A stretch of DNA of 26,112 nt from Candidatus Heimdallarchaeota archaeon (GTDB lineage: Archaea > Asgardarchaeota > Heimdallarchaeia > Heimdallarchaeales > Heimdallarchaeaceae), in contig DAOVER010000040.1 of the NCBI GenBank assembly GCA_030668875.1, positions 1 through 26,112 of the forward strand, given 5' to 3'. This document shows, piece after piece, positions 25,942 through 26,112 of this stretch. The notes under the pieces were generated by a model. The model searched no databases and was not told the origin of the DNA. It saw nothing but the letters and a program-made list of their open reading frames with translations. Each line of letters opens with the position of its first letter. Positions within the stretch are counted from its first letter, which is position 1. A program made the position numbers and the translations under genes.

Positions 25942-26112
25942 AAGATGATTAAAATCTTATTCAATCTTGCTAGAAGTCTCTGAGCTGTCCCCCATTGCAT
26001 GTTGAGGTGGTGATGGTTAATACCTCTCCAATTTTCTTCCATTTTTCTACGAGTTTATATAGGAAAGTGCTGATATATGGGTAGTGCTTGGCGAAAACTC
26101 GCCATATTTATG

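Noticed and set aside
25935-26042. 35-aa ORF MEENWRG...IIFC as an independent gene
   Set aside because: The nearby TATA-like word is too close to the ATG, and the 3' part is better explained as frameshifted MFS sequence.
1-26112. rRNA, tRNA, CRISPR or integrase genes
   Set aside because: None recognisable; intergenic gaps are short and AT-rich.

Overview
AT-rich archaeal window. The gene content (two long TPR proteins with a shared C-terminal module, a NosD/parallel beta-helix surface protein, T-rich terminators) resembles Asgard archaea, probably Heimdallarchaeia; this assignment is an inference from family resemblance. Left to right: an IS481-family element (333-1335, 26-bp imperfect IRs); a minus-strand operon of a GlcD/D-lactate-dehydrogenase-like flavoprotein, EtfB and a ferredoxin-fused EtfA; three copies of an unannotated small zinc-binding family; a compact cassette of five tiny orphan ORFs sharing a GGTG ribosome-binding site, with a repeat-rich promoter and an internal terminator; TPR protein 1; a Cys-rich anchored surface protein; two tandem DEAD-box helicases with conserved long leaders, the second with a 5x30-bp repeat tail; a fourth zinc-family copy; a DUF4242-like and a NosD-like gene; TPR protein 2; a YgeA-type racemase; a fifth, truncated zinc-family copy; a YdhR-like protein; a GPH sugar transporter; a tandem Moco-fold-like protein; vapBC; a TMEM185-like membrane protein; a UDG-superfamily protein; and an MFS fragment. 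The best candidates for something undescribed are the five-member C-x2-C-x13-H-x-C family and the 6.7-8.1 kb small-ORF cassette.
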